This document shows, in pieces, positions 26,346 to 39,384 of a stretch of DNA of 64,000 nucleotides. The notes beneath the pieces are model-generated. The model worked only from the letters and a program-made list of their open reading frames with translations, did no database searches and was not told the DNA's origin. Position numbers and translations under genes: made by a program. Numbering within the stretch: the stretch's first letter is position 1; each line of letters begins with the position of its first letter. The stretch is from Mobula birostris (lineage: Eukaryota): contig NC_092391.1 in NCBI RefSeq assembly GCF_030028105.1, positions 30,725,223-30,789,222 on the forward strand, written 5' to 3'.

Positions 26346-28480
26346 TATTTGAAACTGCTTTTCACCTGAGGTTTGACGATAAATATAGTTTATAATTACA
26401 TTTCAAATTATGGCAATTGGGAGGTGATGATGAAACTATAGTGGGACAATAAACATGGTAACATGGACAAAGTAATGTTGACATAACAATTTGCAAATTT
26501 AGCCGGATTTATAAAAGCAGTGGAATGCACTGTGCAGATATGGTACTATTGTGGATTGTGTTTTATGTTAGCATAAATGTAAAATTAAAATATGTAGTAT
26601 CAAAAAGTGATTCTGTGATATGAAAAATAAATGAATGTAACTCAATATCAATGGCTTCCAGTGGATACAGAAGAAAATAAACTGAAGAACATAAATTTAT
26701 GGTGACTAGTGCAAGAAGAGTGTGTTAGTGTTCCTGACTTTTCACTGTGCAATGACTGGAGATGGTTGTAGACAAGTCAGCACCTAGCTGCTTAGATTCT
26801 TCACTCTACCACTTGTCTGGGGCCTACTATTCCCTTAAATATGAAGATCTTTCAGAAAGCAGAGCACCCTTCCTCTGGTTTAGGCAGCAGCTTGCCTCCC
26901 TGCCCATGAATCAAAAAATTGGTAGTATACCTAACAATGTTGAAAATTAGGCCTTACACTTCCACATGACAATTGGTTGCAGATTTCCTGATTGTGCTCC
27001 AGAGTCTCCATGGCCATAAGCAGAGAACACTTACATTGAGGGATCTACCACAGACCTGCGCCAGCTGACAACAGTCCCAGGAACAAGAACAGTAATTTGA
27101 ATGGAGAAGAATCGCATCAGAGTAAAAAGTATGTGTCAAATGTACGTGATTGTTTTCAATTTTTTTTGTTTTTCAAGAGGTTAAATCATTCTACTATGGA
27201 ACTATGGATTTAATTTTCATTAGCTCTTGAATATATTTTAGTGTATGCCAGAATCACGGAATTGCTTTGACAGATGGTTCAAACTGGTTGTCTGATCAGT
27301 GGAGACTTATGCTCAGAAGGCAGGACCTCACTGTCAGATGTTAGTCAATTTTGCGTAAGAAGAAAACTCCAGAGTGGAATTAGCAGGTAAGTGGTTAGAG
27401 GGCTCAGGTGGACAACTGTTCTGCAGATATTTTAACAGCAATGCTAAAAACATTGTACAAGAGTTGGAAGAAGAATTATTATAAGCAGAACAAAAAACAT
27501 AAAATTAAATAATTGTAGGCTTAATATGAAAGACTGACTGAAAAAGGATACGGTAAAACCAAAGTTGCTATTCTATATTAAAACTTTGACGTCAGTTAGT
27601 CTAGAATTAACAAGTAAATTGCAAAGTTATGACATTGATTCAGACTTTAAACCTCAAGTCTGTGTTTATAATGACTCCATTAAGAATTATTTGAAAATGT
27701 AATGATCTTCCAAGATTTAGCACTTTGCCTAGTTAAAGCAGAAATCAGCCAGTAATAATGATTCTGTGGTTTCAAATTTAGAACAGATCAATGTGCTAGA
27801 AATACTGAGATATATATTCAGCTTTCTATCCATGCATACAAATTTGGTCTACATTAAAGGCAGTCAGTTGAAAACCACAGGGTTATATGCGAATAGCAAA
27901 TAGAACGTCTACGCTGACTTCATCAACTGTGTAGTAAGGCGGTCGAACACTGCTTCAAGAATACTTTACCAAAACAAAATTTAACCCTCACCCAGGTACG
28001 GCAAGTGGATAATAGTCAGTTCAAAAGGATTGAATTTAATGAATGCAATTAAGGAAGAGATATAGAAAGGTTTAAGGGAGGGATTTTAAGAGCAAGATAG
28101 CTGAAGACATTACTGATAATGTCTTAATCAGTTTTAATGGAGTGATTAAAACTGGGGATGAACAAAAGGTCGGAAATAGAGGAGTGCACTTACGTTGGAG
28201 GTTTGCAAGGCTCACGAAGCAAAGACTAAGGCAATGGAGAATTGGTAACAAGGCTGAGAATGTTTTAAAAAAGAGACATTGCTTAACATAGAGCAGCTGT
28301 AGTACAGAAAGTAGAGAGTTAATATGCAAAGTGAACTTGAATTTGAGTTAAATCAGAATATCCATAGCTCTTGATATACCAAGTATTCTATGGCCAAAGT
28401 CATACTTTGCTTTACCAGCAAAAAGTTACCAAGTTTCATGGCATACTAAGAAATACATCCGTTGAAAATGTTTCATTGCA

Positions 28481-28696
28481 GACAGAACATTCTGGAGATA
28501 CTCAGCGAGTCATACAACACTGTTGGAGAGAGAAACACATTTAACTTTTAGGTGTTTGGCCTTTTAACAGAACTCTTGATATGTCATTGACCTAAAACAT
28601 TAACTTTTTCTCTTTCCAAAGATGCTGCCTGATATGGTGAGCATTGACAGTATTTTTACCTTTCATTTCAGATTTCCATTATTTGTAGACTTTTGC
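28481..28696. mobile_element. Two old Penelope-derived tail fragments in inverted orientation
   Basis: ctggagatactcagcgagtc...gagagagaaac...ttaac versus cattaactttttctctttccaaagatgctgcctga...cagatttcc. Confidence 0.55.
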
Positions 28697-28957
28697 TATT
28701 CATGGAAGATTTGATTTTTTATTATACTGGGCACTCATAAAACTTTACTCCAATACAATGTGCACAAGATCCCAGGAGAACACCAAATAACTATGACAAC
28801 TGGCTATATGTTTCCATCAGAGTGTATTTCAAAATAACTCAATTTATTTTATATGGAAATCAATAAATATCATTTCCATTGACATAACCTAACATAAGAC
28901 TTCTGAAGAGGTATATTTTTCTTACATAATTTATTGGAAACAATACTTATTAATTTC

Positions 28958-29122
28958 AGTCCAGTGGGAAGTGGGATAAGAGAGAATGTCTGTGGTGGGT
29001 AGAGTCTTTGATGATGCTGGATGCTTCACTGAGCAAATGAGAAGAGAAGGCAGAATCCATGGAGATGAGGCTGATTTCCGTGATGTGCAGAGCTGTGTCC
29101 GTAACTCTCCGCAGTTTCTTGC
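28958..29122 (-). mobile_element. Rex1-type RT C-terminal fragment
   Basis: DCKKLRRVTDTALHIT...EASSIIKDSTHHRHSLLSHFP. Confidence 0.75.
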
Positions 29123-29139
29123 AATCACAGGGAAAAACG

Positions 29140-29444
29140 GTTGCCATTAGAGGATGGCATTTCGTTGCGTTCATTGCAGAGATACGTTGGAAACGGAAGC
29201 AACGTTTTCAGTGCTTTCGTGGCTATCTCAGGATATTCAGCCTTGACTTTGATCCAGAATGCCGGCAGAGATATTATGTCAAACATACTTTTCAGCCCAC
29301 CGTCACTCGCAAGCTCGAGGAGTTGATCTCCTTCCCGCGTGCGTTCAAGCTCAACAGTGCGTTACAGGGAATGAGGAAAGGTGCAGCTGACTTATATTGC
29401 CAAATCATATCGTTTCCTCACGGCCCGGTGGTTGGGGATTGCTG
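29140..29444 (-). mobile_element. hAT (Buster/Charlie-type) non-autonomous fragment with transposase C-terminal dimerisation-domain remnant
   Basis: Minus-strand peptide EGDQLLELASDGGLKSMFDIISLPAFWIKVKAEYPEIATKALKTLLPFPTYLC; terminus GGTTGGGGATTGCTG resembles the Charlie TIR CAGCGGTCCCCAACC; flank GCTTAGCT fits NNNTANNN. Confidence 0.8.
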
Positions 29445-29544
29445 GCTTAGCTAGTTTGTTAACTTAGCTCATCCTGTTGACTACAATTATGCCCTATCAA
29501 CAGTCTCTCCTTACTACACATTGCCTCTGTTTGTAAGCCAGCTA

Positions 29545-30993
29545 CTTTATCTTCAGCACTATTATCCACCTTTCCTATAATACTTCTTGCTTTGAAATAT
29601 CGGCAGCTCAGGACAGTAGTGGCACCATGCTCAACCGTTTGATTCCTAACTTTGTCTGAGGTCTAACATCTGCCTCCACAATCTCTCCACTAACTGCTCC
29701 GGCACTCTGGTTCTCCTCCCCCTGCAACTTTAGTTTCAACCCCACCTTGCAGCATTAGCAAACCTTCCCGCTTGGATATTAGTCCCCCTCCAGTTCAGAT
29801 GCAAACCGTCCTACCTTCCCTGGAAAAGAGCCCAATGATCCAATAATCTTATGCCTTCCATCCTACATGAACTCCTTAGCCATGTATTAAACTATATAAT
29901 CTTCCTAGTTCTGCTCTCACTAGCATGTGGTTGGGAAGCAGTCCTGAGTTCACAACCCTGGAGGTCCTGCCCTTTTACTTAGCACCTAACTCCCTGAACT
30001 CCTAATGCAGAACCTCATCACCTGTCCTATCCATGTCATTGGTACCTACATGGACCAGGACTTCTAGATGTTCACCCTCCCACTTAAGAATGCTGAGGAC
30101 TTGATCTGAGATATCCCAGATCTTGGCACCTGGGAGGCAATATACTATCTGGGAATCTCATTCTTGCCTACAGAACCTCCTGTCCATTCCCCTAACTAAC
30201 AAATTCCCTATCACCAGTGTGTCTCTTCTTGTCACTTCCCTTCTGAGTCATAGACGCAATCTCCATGCCAGAGACTTGCCCACTGCAACTTTCCTCTGCT
30301 AGGTCATTCTGCCCGACAGTATCCAAAGTGATATACCTGTTGTTAACAGGGATGGCCATAGGAGTACTCTGCACTAGCTCCTTAACCCCTTTCCCTTCCT
30401 GACTGTCACTCAGTTTCCTGTGTCACACACCTTGGGTGTAACTAACTTTTTCTAGAAGTCGTATCTATCACCCCTTCAACCTCCAGAATAATTCAGAGTT
30501 CATCCAGTTCCAGCTCCAACTATTTGATGTGATTTGTTAGAAGCTGCAGCTAGATGCACTTCTTGCAGTCGTTAAGTACGTTGGAAGTCTCCCTGCCTTC
30601 TCTTGTCCTGCAAGAGGAGCATTTCACTATCCTGCCTGTCATCCCTGCTGTCCTGGCTGAACAAAGATAAAGAAAGAAACAGGAAAAAAAGAGCTTTCCC
30701 TTCCTTTGCTTTCTCTGAGTGAAGCCTCTCTTTGCTGAAGCCTTGCAGACTAAAAGCCTTGAGATCAGCATCCTGGCTATGTCCACTCAGACGATGGCCA
30801 CTGCACTTGTCTTTGCCTTCCTTTAACTTGCTGTTACTAATCAATCCCAAACATCGATTGGTCACTGGTCAAAGCTCTATTACACTGCTGTGACCTGCTC
30901 CTGCCTTTTATACTCAGACAGTGGACCTGATTGAAGTCCCCTCCTCTTCAAACTTCCGATGTCCGGATTGGCCGCTGGTCAAAGCTCTATTAC
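29545..30993 (-). mobile_element. CR1 LINE 5' half: 5' UTR, ORF1 (Cys motif and SGNH esterase-like region) and start of ORF2
   Basis: Decayed frames: VKCSSC, NRYITLDTVG, YCLPGAKIWDIS, VLVHVGTNDM; ORF2 start YFKARSIIGKVD near 29560-29600. Confidence 0.85.
30856..30971 (-). promoter_or_regulatory. Putative CR1 internal promoter (CCAAT-TATA-CCAAT)
   Basis: Minus strand has CCAATC at 30966-30971, TATAAAAG at 30905-30912, and a second CCAATC at 30856-30861 inside a duplicated 28-bp monomer. Confidence 0.4.
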
Positions 30994-31777
30994 CAGAATT
31001 TCAATTATCAAATGATCCTCAGGGATAATACTACTTTAAAGCAGCGGTTCTGAACGTGAGCCATATGGCCCCCTGGGGGTCATGCCAGATTGTGTAGGGG
31101 CCAAAAGTTTTAAAAAAAAACAAGAAACTGGGGTTTCTGAATGGGCTTTGATAAATTTACTGTTTTAATGAAAAATTATAAATACACGAAAATAAAGAGA
31201 AATATGTAATTTAATTTAATAAATGAGAAAATATCCTAGATGATGCAAATTAGGTGGCAAAACAGCTTAGCCTGTTCGTGTGTGGAGTGGGGTCGGGGGG
31301 AGGTGGCGGCACGTCAGTCATTACCTCTGGTCCTGCTTGACCACACACACAACTCACCATTCACACACAGAGAGGTGGCTGCTGAGGTCCGATCCATATC
31401 CATATCCACCCCCAGTCAGTGATTACACAGTGAGCAGGCAGCTGTGACTCCTACAACATGCTCTACCAGCTAGTGATTATGATTACCTTGTTACAGATAA
31501 TTAGATGTTAATATGGAACCATCGCATCTAATTCCAACGGAAAGACTGCCAGCAGTTGCCAGGTTTTCCATACCACAACCCTTATCAGAAGGGAATTAAC
31601 ATGGAAAAGCCAGCAATGGCCATGTTGTAGTAATCTAATTAAAACAGTTATGGGTATCACAAACTGAAGGTTGGGTGGGTCTGTCTGCAGCAAGGATTAT
31701 CAGTAAGTATACAGCAGGAGGCTGGTTTTGTTTGCATTCCACTGACCTGTGCATGTTGTAATACCCATGTAGCCCTC

Positions 31778-32455
31778 TGTTATGCCTCAGGCTCGCTCAA
31801 CTCACTGTCATCTAGGGGAAGCAGCCTTTGGCCCCGGCAAACTGGGTAATTAAGTTTGTGTGGATGCTGTGTGATGTTCCCCACCCCGCCAAATAACAGG
31901 CAATACACCATATACGATTAAATGATTACAATTTATAGATATTACTGGAACTATGTAATTAATAGAGATAAAATATAAAAGGAAAGTAAAAGGCGCCAGA
32001 CTTATCAAAGTTCAACCTCATCGTGCACAAACAGTTGGAGCTCTAGTAACGATCCTATCTTCACCATTCGATCCCCTCTGACCACTTCGACCCGCCGTCT
32101 GGGACCAACCATGGTAGTCGACCAGAGGCTCCACACAAGTCATTCTTCGTCTCCTCTCCTCGTTGAAGACCCTAGACCTTGGGCTCCGGCTCGGGGTCCG
32201 CCCCGTCAGCCAGCTCACAGCATCGCGTCCACTCTCTCTCTCCCCATCGTGCCTTCTGCCCAAAAACCCGCACATCACAATAGCTTACAGACACACAAGA
32301 AAGAATAACATCTATTCCAGTTGGTTAGCAAGCGAATACAACTCCCTCTATAATCCGAACAAGCTGCTAGCGAGAGAACTTTCTCAGCAGTTAACATAAC
32401 AAAGAAGCCATTTTGATTAGCCTACGCAGTAACGTAAAAGAAGAAACCCCTTACA
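31778..32455 (-). mobile_element. Solo-LTR-like element nested in the hAT
   Basis: CpG-rich 680-bp block bounded by TGTTAT...CTTACA; TSD not evident. Confidence 0.55.
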
Positions 32456-32619
32456 CTTATAAAATGTGACATGAAGGCTGCAGTTACTGCAGTTGGGTCA
32501 TCTGCCAGAAACAGCTAAACTGCAAAGAGGCAAGAACATGTGGTTTACCACTACATCACTATCTACCACTACAACTTTCATTAAATCCCTGATACTTATC
32601 ATATTTTGAAAGGAATTTT

Positions 32620-33561
32620 CAACACTCTGTACAAGTTTGCTGATGACACCACTGTTGTAGGCCGTATCAAAGGTGGTGATGAATCACCCTGCAAGAGGGA
32701 GGTTGAAAATTTGGGTGAGTGGTATAATCACAACAATCTGTCACTCAATGTCAAAAAGACTAAGGAATTGAGTGTAGACCAGGAGAGGGAAACCATAGGT
32801 CTCATCGGAGGATCAGAGTTGGAGAGGGTTAGTAACTTTAAATTCCTGGGTGTCACCATCTCAGTGGACCTGTTCCTGGACCCATAATATAAATATAATT
32901 GCAAAGAAGGCATGACAGTGCCTCTACTTCCTCAGGACACTGCAGAGATTTAGCATGTTGTCGTAAACATTGCCAAACTTATATAGATGTGTGGTGGAAA
33001 TTGTGCTGACTGGCTGCATTATGGCCTGTTATGGGAACATCAATGCCTTTGAGTGGAAAGTTCTAAAAAGGTAAGTTGATTCAGCCCAGTACATCATGGG
33101 TAAAGCCATTGAGCACATCAACATGAAATGTTGCTGTAGAAAAGCAGCATCCATCATCAAAGATCCTTACCATATAGGCTATGCTTTATCTGGCTGCTGC
33201 ATCAGGTAGAAGGTACAGGAGCCTCAGGACTCACACCACCAGGTTCAAGAAGAGTTATTATCCCTTAACTATCAGGCTCTTGAAAAAATGGGTAACTAAA
33301 TTCATTTTATTTCAGGTTTTCCCACAACCAATGGTCTCACTTTAAGGACTCTTCACCTTGTTATTTCATGCTCTTCCATTTCATGTTATTTCATACTCTT
33401 TATTTATTGCTATTTATTTATATTTGCATTTGCACACATTGTTGTCCATTGATCCTGTTTACAGTTAATGTTCCATAGATTTCCCACAGGAAGAAGAATC
33501 TCAGGGTTGTATGTGGTGACATGTACGTACCCTGATAATAAATTTTACTTTGAACTTTGAA
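32620..33561 (+). mobile_element. Rex1/Babar LINE 3' kilobase nested in the hAT
   Basis: YKFADDTTVVGRIKGGDES...NLSLNVKKTKEL...ERVSNFKFLGVTI; tail tactttgaactttgaa. Confidence 0.9.
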
Positions 33562-34895
33562 CCCACTTTTCATTCTGACTACACGCTGCTTATTGCCATA
33601 TAAAACTTGCATAGAAATTAGCATTTTTAAAAATACTTAAAACATGTGTCTAAGAACTGCCTAAAAAGCTAGTTTTATTTTTACACGTATATTCAAAACT
33701 GATACTTTTTCACATGAGATTATAATTATTATAATTCCATAAAAATTACTAAGTTTCTATAGAGCCTATTCACACAATTTTCATTGCTGATTGGAAGAAT
33801 ATTATATTTATTATACATAAAGTACCCTATTCAGAGCTTTGAATAGTTTTATTTTTCATACACCCCTGAAACATTATGTTTAACATATAATACCTATAAC
33901 CTGTTAGAGCACAAATATTGTCCATATGTTGGAATAAGTAGTACAGTTGACCCCAAAAAACTTCAGCAACTAAGAGAGACTTTGGAGACTGGAGGCCGCA
34001 GAGGTAAATGAAAGTCACAAGAGGGCCTTGAGCAGAAAAAAACAATTGGGAACTACTGCTTTAAAGTAAAGGCTCAGGAAATTTAAATATGGTATTAGGT
34101 AGTAACCCAGGCACAACAATTCAGTGTATTGTTTTCTTGCACCATTTATGGCAGAGATGTTTTTGTTTTTTGAGCTCTATGAGCAGTGTATCCCACACTC
34201 TGTTCCACCCTACCTCCCAACTCCCAAACCCAACAAAAGAGCAATTGACAAGACAGTCACGTGGTACTGAGCTAACAGAAAGCCACCAACCAGTCAAATA
34301 GAAATGCTGATTTTCAGTCATAGTTCGAAAATTGTCACGGATCACACAGCTGAGAAAAATTATGAGCCACAAGATCTGCCAGAGAAGTTGATGCTTCAGC
34401 AGCTTTTCCAAGGATTACATTCACACATAGGCAATAAAAAGAACACAAGCTGTGGTTCAGACCCTGTGGGCAGCACTGACAAACAACCGCAATAGTTGGT
34501 ATCAGCTTCGTAAACCTGACAATTTGATATTCCAAATGGACCAAATAGCTGTGAAACGTTTTATCCTTCAACTTGTGTGTGCAATGAGACTGTTTACAGA
34601 GTTACATGAGGATTGGTCATGACTGATCAGTATTCACTGTGCAAATAGATAATTGAATAATCTTAAAACAGTTATTGCTTATTGAAGTTTTTTTGAGACC
34701 TGATGCTATAGCTTGGAAATAAAGATAATCACTGAGGTTCATTGTGTCTCTTGTGGTAAACTGGAGAACGACCTGCATATACTTGAGGTATGTAAGATGG
34801 TCCTTTCTATATTTTGACAAAATTTTAAATATTATCTAGAATCTTTGATAAAGAGATTCTCCATGATTGAAAAACTAATTGTTTCCCCTCTCCCT

Positions 34896-35262
34896 GACCA
34901 TAAGACCATAAGATATAGGTGCAGAATTAGGCTATTTGGCCCATGGAGTCTGCTCCACCATCTCATCATGACTGATCCATTTTCCTCCTGCCTTCTCCTG
35001 GCATCTCTTCATACACTTAGTAATCAAAAATTCATCAACCTCTCCCTTAAGTATACCCAATGACTTGGCCTCCACAGCTGCCTGTGGCAAAGAATTCCAC
35101 AGATTCACCACTCTCTGGCTAAAGAAATTCCTCCTCATCTCTGTTCTAAATGGATGTCCCTCTATTTGGAGGCTATGTGTCCTCCATCACAGAAAACATC
35201 CTCTCCACACCAACTCTTTTGAGGCCTTTCAATATTCAATAGGTTTCAATGAGATCCCCCCA
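34896..35262 (-). mobile_element. CR1 LINE 3' end
   Basis: MRRNFFSQRVVNLWNSLPQAAVEA; (CCATAAGA)n tail. Confidence 0.9.
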
Positions 35263-36461
35263 TTGTGACTTTGTGCACCAACTTCTAAAACTTCTGTCAC
35301 AAGGAATTGGGCTAAGTGTGTGCTACTCAGCCTCACCATCCAACATGTTCCTGGCCGATCCATTCCAGCCTCAGTTCCTCTTTTTTATTGGTTCCTCATG
35401 ACTCTCAATTTTCCTCGAAGAGTTATCTACCAAACTTCCAAATTCTTACCCTACATTAAAAAAAATCTTTTGTAACATTTGGAGCATTGAGACACAAGAG
35501 ACTGCAAATGCTGGAATCTTGAGTCTCTTTTAAAATTTAGTTGTTTGTTTTGATTCTCCTTTCCAACCTATGTATCTCTAAAGATCACGCCTGAGATTCC
35601 ACTTCCTGAGTGACAGAAAGTGAATCCACGTGAAGAAAGCTCCATATTGTAAACTAGTGTTGTTTTGAGTTAAGTGAAAGCAGGGAAGCCCAATGTGCAT
35701 GGATGCCATCTGTTGATTGGCAATGCAAAGCCACTTTGTGCTGATGTTTAATGACATTATTGTTTTCAGAAGCACAATTGTTTCTCCGCGCTATTCCTTC
35801 TCAATTACTGTAAAATCTAACAGAGAGGATGATTTTCTGGCCATTTTGAAGGGTCCTAAAATATTCAAATACTCTGCAGACTTCTGAAACTGAGGGTTGT
35901 GACATCAGTTGTGATCATGTCCCTCATTGTGAGAGATAGAGAGTTGCAGAGTGGTAGAGGGGGGTGGGGTGGAAGGAAGAGAGAGAGACAAAGTAAGGGA
36001 TATTGAAGGAGAGAGAGCAAAAGTGGGTATGGGGAAAATAAGGGGATTATATAAAGAAGGGAGTGAGATAAAGGTATGAAATTGTGCAGGATGGGGTGAG
36101 ATTAAGGAAGGGGTTGCGGCAGGATTAATAAATTGAACCTGTAAATTCTGGCATCATTGTCTCTCTCCTACCTACCCAAACACCACTAGTCATCCCCCAC
36201 CCATTTTTCTTTAAAAGCTCAATCACACCCATTTTGCTGTCTCCTCACTGCCCTTCCCATCTCTTGTGTTATCTTTTGCAGTTCACTGTCACACCATCCT
36301 CCCAATCCCATGTCCGAGTGTGAAGCCCAACACTGCTTGTTCACTTTGTTTATGTCCACAGAACATAGGCAGAGGAATAAGTTCTATGTTTTTCTTTAGA
36401 AGCACTTCAGCACAGAAGTGAAAAATGGGAAAAAATTCTTCAATTGGTTAATTTGTCCTCT

Positions 36462-37350
36462 ATATGTGCTAAACATATGTTGATACAGTTTAAAGTAGTG
36501 CATAGGGCTCATATGTCCAAAATAAACTATCTCGCTATTATTCTTATATTAATCCTATATGTGATAGATGTCATTCTGAGATAGCCTCTTTAACTCACAT
36601 GTTTTGGTCATGTCCTTTGTTGGAAAAATATTGGAAAGATATTTTTGACATTATTTCAACGGTTTTGAATACAGACTTACAACCTCATCGAATCACTGCT
36701 ATTTTTGGGTTACCAATGATAGACTCAAATCATTTAACCTCTTCAGCACACTGGATGATTGCATTTCTTACTTTAATGGCTAGAAGATCCATTTTGCTGA
36801 ATTGGAAAGAGATTTACCCTCCTACTGTATTCCACTGGTTTTCACAAACTATGTTGTGTTTGAATTTGGAAAAAATTAGAAGAGTGGTTTATGACCCTTC
36901 CATTAAATTTGAAAAAACTTGGAGGCCACTTATTCAGCATTTTCATGTGATGTAATTTGACCATTTTCAAACTTATTTTACTTCTCTGTACTGTTGGTTG
37001 AGAGGAATGGAGTCGTCAACACTGAGGTTTTCTTCTCTCCCATTTTTACGTTGTTAGAATTGCCCAAGTCTTTTAGTTTAGCTGATTAATTCTGTTTAGT
37101 TTAGGTTTTTTTGGGGGTGGGGTTGTTTTTTTTTCTATTTGTTTTCTTTTTCATGTTTTTTTTTCTAGTTTTTTTTGCCCTGTATTATTTTTTGTCATCC
37201 TACACGATTGGGAGTTTTGTCAATTTATACTATTTGGTTTTATAATTACTCATTTTAAGTATAACAATGTATTTCCAACAATTTGTATTATTGCTATGTT
37301 ATGTTTATATTTTATGAAACTAATAAAAAGATTGAAAAAGAAAGAAAGAA
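36462..37350 (+). mobile_element. L1/Tx1-clade LINE 3' end
   Basis: IQFKVVHRAH...CDRCHSEIASLTHMFWSCP zinc knuckle, ARRSILLNWK, KTWRP; T-rich UTR; AATAAA followed by a (GAAA)n tail. Confidence 0.88.
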
Positions 37351-37717
37351 GCACTTTGATTTTTGCAATTCAGGCAGCAGGCCTACCTTAGTGTACAATG
37401 GGGTCAAAGTTGAGTTTAATATCATGTGCACATGTGGATGTATGCTCAGGTGTAATAGGAAACACTTGCAACATCATCACAAATACATAGCATCACACAC
37501 ACAACAAATCTAATGCCATATTTGCAAGGCAAGCAGCTCCCAGACACAGAGATGAAGAAAAATTTATTTAAGGTTGTTGGGACATTTCAACGATATCTTT
37601 TCCAAAGAGATAAGTAGACAAGGTAGGGGAAGGAAGCAACATATGGACACCATCTGCTCCCATATACAACAATATTTACAGGACAGGGACATTATCATAG
37701 GTGACAACAGAGATGCC

Positions 37718-38048
37718 CCAGTGGCATGGAGGTTAGTGCAACGCTATTACTACCTGGCACATCAGAGTTTGGAGTTCAATATTTGTGTCCTCTCTAAGAA
37801 GTTTGAACATCCTCCCATGGAATGTGTGTATTTCCTCCAGGTGCTCTGGTTTCCTCCCACAGTCCAAAGATATTCCAGTTAGTAAGTTAATTTTAAGAAT
37901 AAATTGGATAGGTACATGGATGGGAGAGGTCTGGAGGGTTATGGACTGGATGCAGGTCAATGGGACTAGCGGAATAATATTTCGGCACAGACTAGAAGGG
38001 CTGAATAGCCTGTTTTCTGTGCTGTAGTGTTCTATGCTTCTCTGGTTC
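37718..38048 (+). mobile_element. V-SINE fragment fused to a CR1 3' tail
   Basis: ctccaggtgctctggtttcctcccacagtccaaaga, then gataggtacatggatgggagagg...ctgtagtgttctatg. Confidence 0.7.
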
Positions 38049-38289
38049 TACTCATTGTAAATTATCCTGTGATGAGGCTAGGGTTAAATTGCATTTGCTT
38101 GATGGTGCGGCTCTAAGGGCTGGAAGGGCTGGAAGGACTTATTCCATATGTGTCTCGAAAAAAATCCTATCACTCATTGTCCAAACTAACATATATCATT
38201 TGCACATGTTTAGTACTGGCATATTTGAAACGTGCTGCTTAGAGATACATCAAAAAACTATCTTCATCTTCTTATATAGCACTTTGAGA

Positions 38290-38640
38290 TGGAGGATGAT
38301 CTGCTTCTTTATGAGTTATGATGATGCAAGTGTGGAAGCCATGGACTCCTCCACAGATGGGGCATAAAATGGCTGATGGACCAAGCAGATAATTTGTGAG
38401 GTGTCATGCTCCCTCTGTTGTGTATGCAGGGCTTCTGTATTGTTCCTCTTGTACGAAGTTGAGGGTCTCAATGTCATCCTAAATACCCCTTCTCCATTTG
38501 AGTGTTCATAGATCAAGGATTCCCAAAAATCACTGTGGAGGTAGCATTTTTTAATTCAGCTTTCAGTACTCCTTGAACCTTCTCTCCAATCCTTCCCATA
38601 CCAGAGCTTGTGTACCAGTTTGAGATAGTTGGTATGTGTA
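38290..38640 (-). mobile_element. RTE-clade LINE 3' relic
   Basis: Minus strand KCY...DFWESLIYEHS...TEALHTQQREH resembles the RTE ORF terminus. Confidence 0.55.
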
Positions 38641-38644
38641 CAAG

Positions 38645-39266
38645 AAAAGCAAATGCAATGTTCTCATCTCAAGCAGACTAGAATATAAAAGCAAGGATGT
38701 AATGATGAGACTTTACAAAGCATTGGTCAGACTGCACTTGGAATATTGTGAGCAGTTTTGGGACTCTTGTCTAAGAAAGGACTGCTAGCACTGGAGAGGG
38801 TCCAGAGGAGGTTCATGAAAATGATCCAGGGAATGGAAGAGCTAACGTATTGTGTGTGTTGATGGCTCTGGGCCTGTACTCAATGGAGTTTAGAAGAATG
38901 AAGTGGCGGGGGGGGGGGGCGGCGGGGATGGAATCTCATTGAAATCTATCAAATATTGAAAGGCGTAGATTGATAGTGGTGAAATCTAGGACCAAAGGAC
39001 AGAGCCTTGGAATACAGGGAAACCCCTTAGGAGAAATAAAGAAGAATTTCTTTAACCAGGGGGTGGTGAATCTGTGGAATTCTGGCTGTGGAGGTCAAAT
39101 CATTTAGTGTCTTTAAAGCAGTACTTGAATTGTAAGGGTGTCAAAAGTTATGGGGAAAAGGCAGGAGAATGTGATTGAGAGGGATAATAAATCAGCCAAG
39201 ATGGAAAGGTAGAACAAATTCAATGGGCCAAGTGTCCTAATTCTGGTCCTATATCTTACGGTCTTT
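38645..39266 (+). mobile_element. CR1 LINE 3' portion
   Basis: RLYKALVRLHLEYCEQFW...LERVQRRFMKMI; KNFFNQGVVNLWNS; tail cctatatcttacggtct. Confidence 0.88.
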
Positions 39267-39384
39267 TGATCTTCTTGTCAATTTGGCGTGCCCAGTATAT
39301 CAGAACAAGTATACCTAGAGCCTGCGCGCTCGGAACTCACAAGCAATCATTTGATGTGTTCAATGAATGCCATAAGTACATTGG

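Larger units (their letters stand above)
31042..34058. mobile_element. hAT (Charlie/Buster-type) non-autonomous element with nested insertions
   Basis: Left TIR CAGCGGTTCTGAAC, right TIR TTGGGAACTACTG; perfect 8-bp TSD CTTTAAAG (31034-31041 and 34059-34066). Confidence 0.85.

Noticed and set aside
27035-27064. 30-nt minus-strand AG/GTAAGT micro-exon candidate upstream of the ASTN2 exon
   Set aside because: In the required phase-1 frame it contains TAG; there is no other support.
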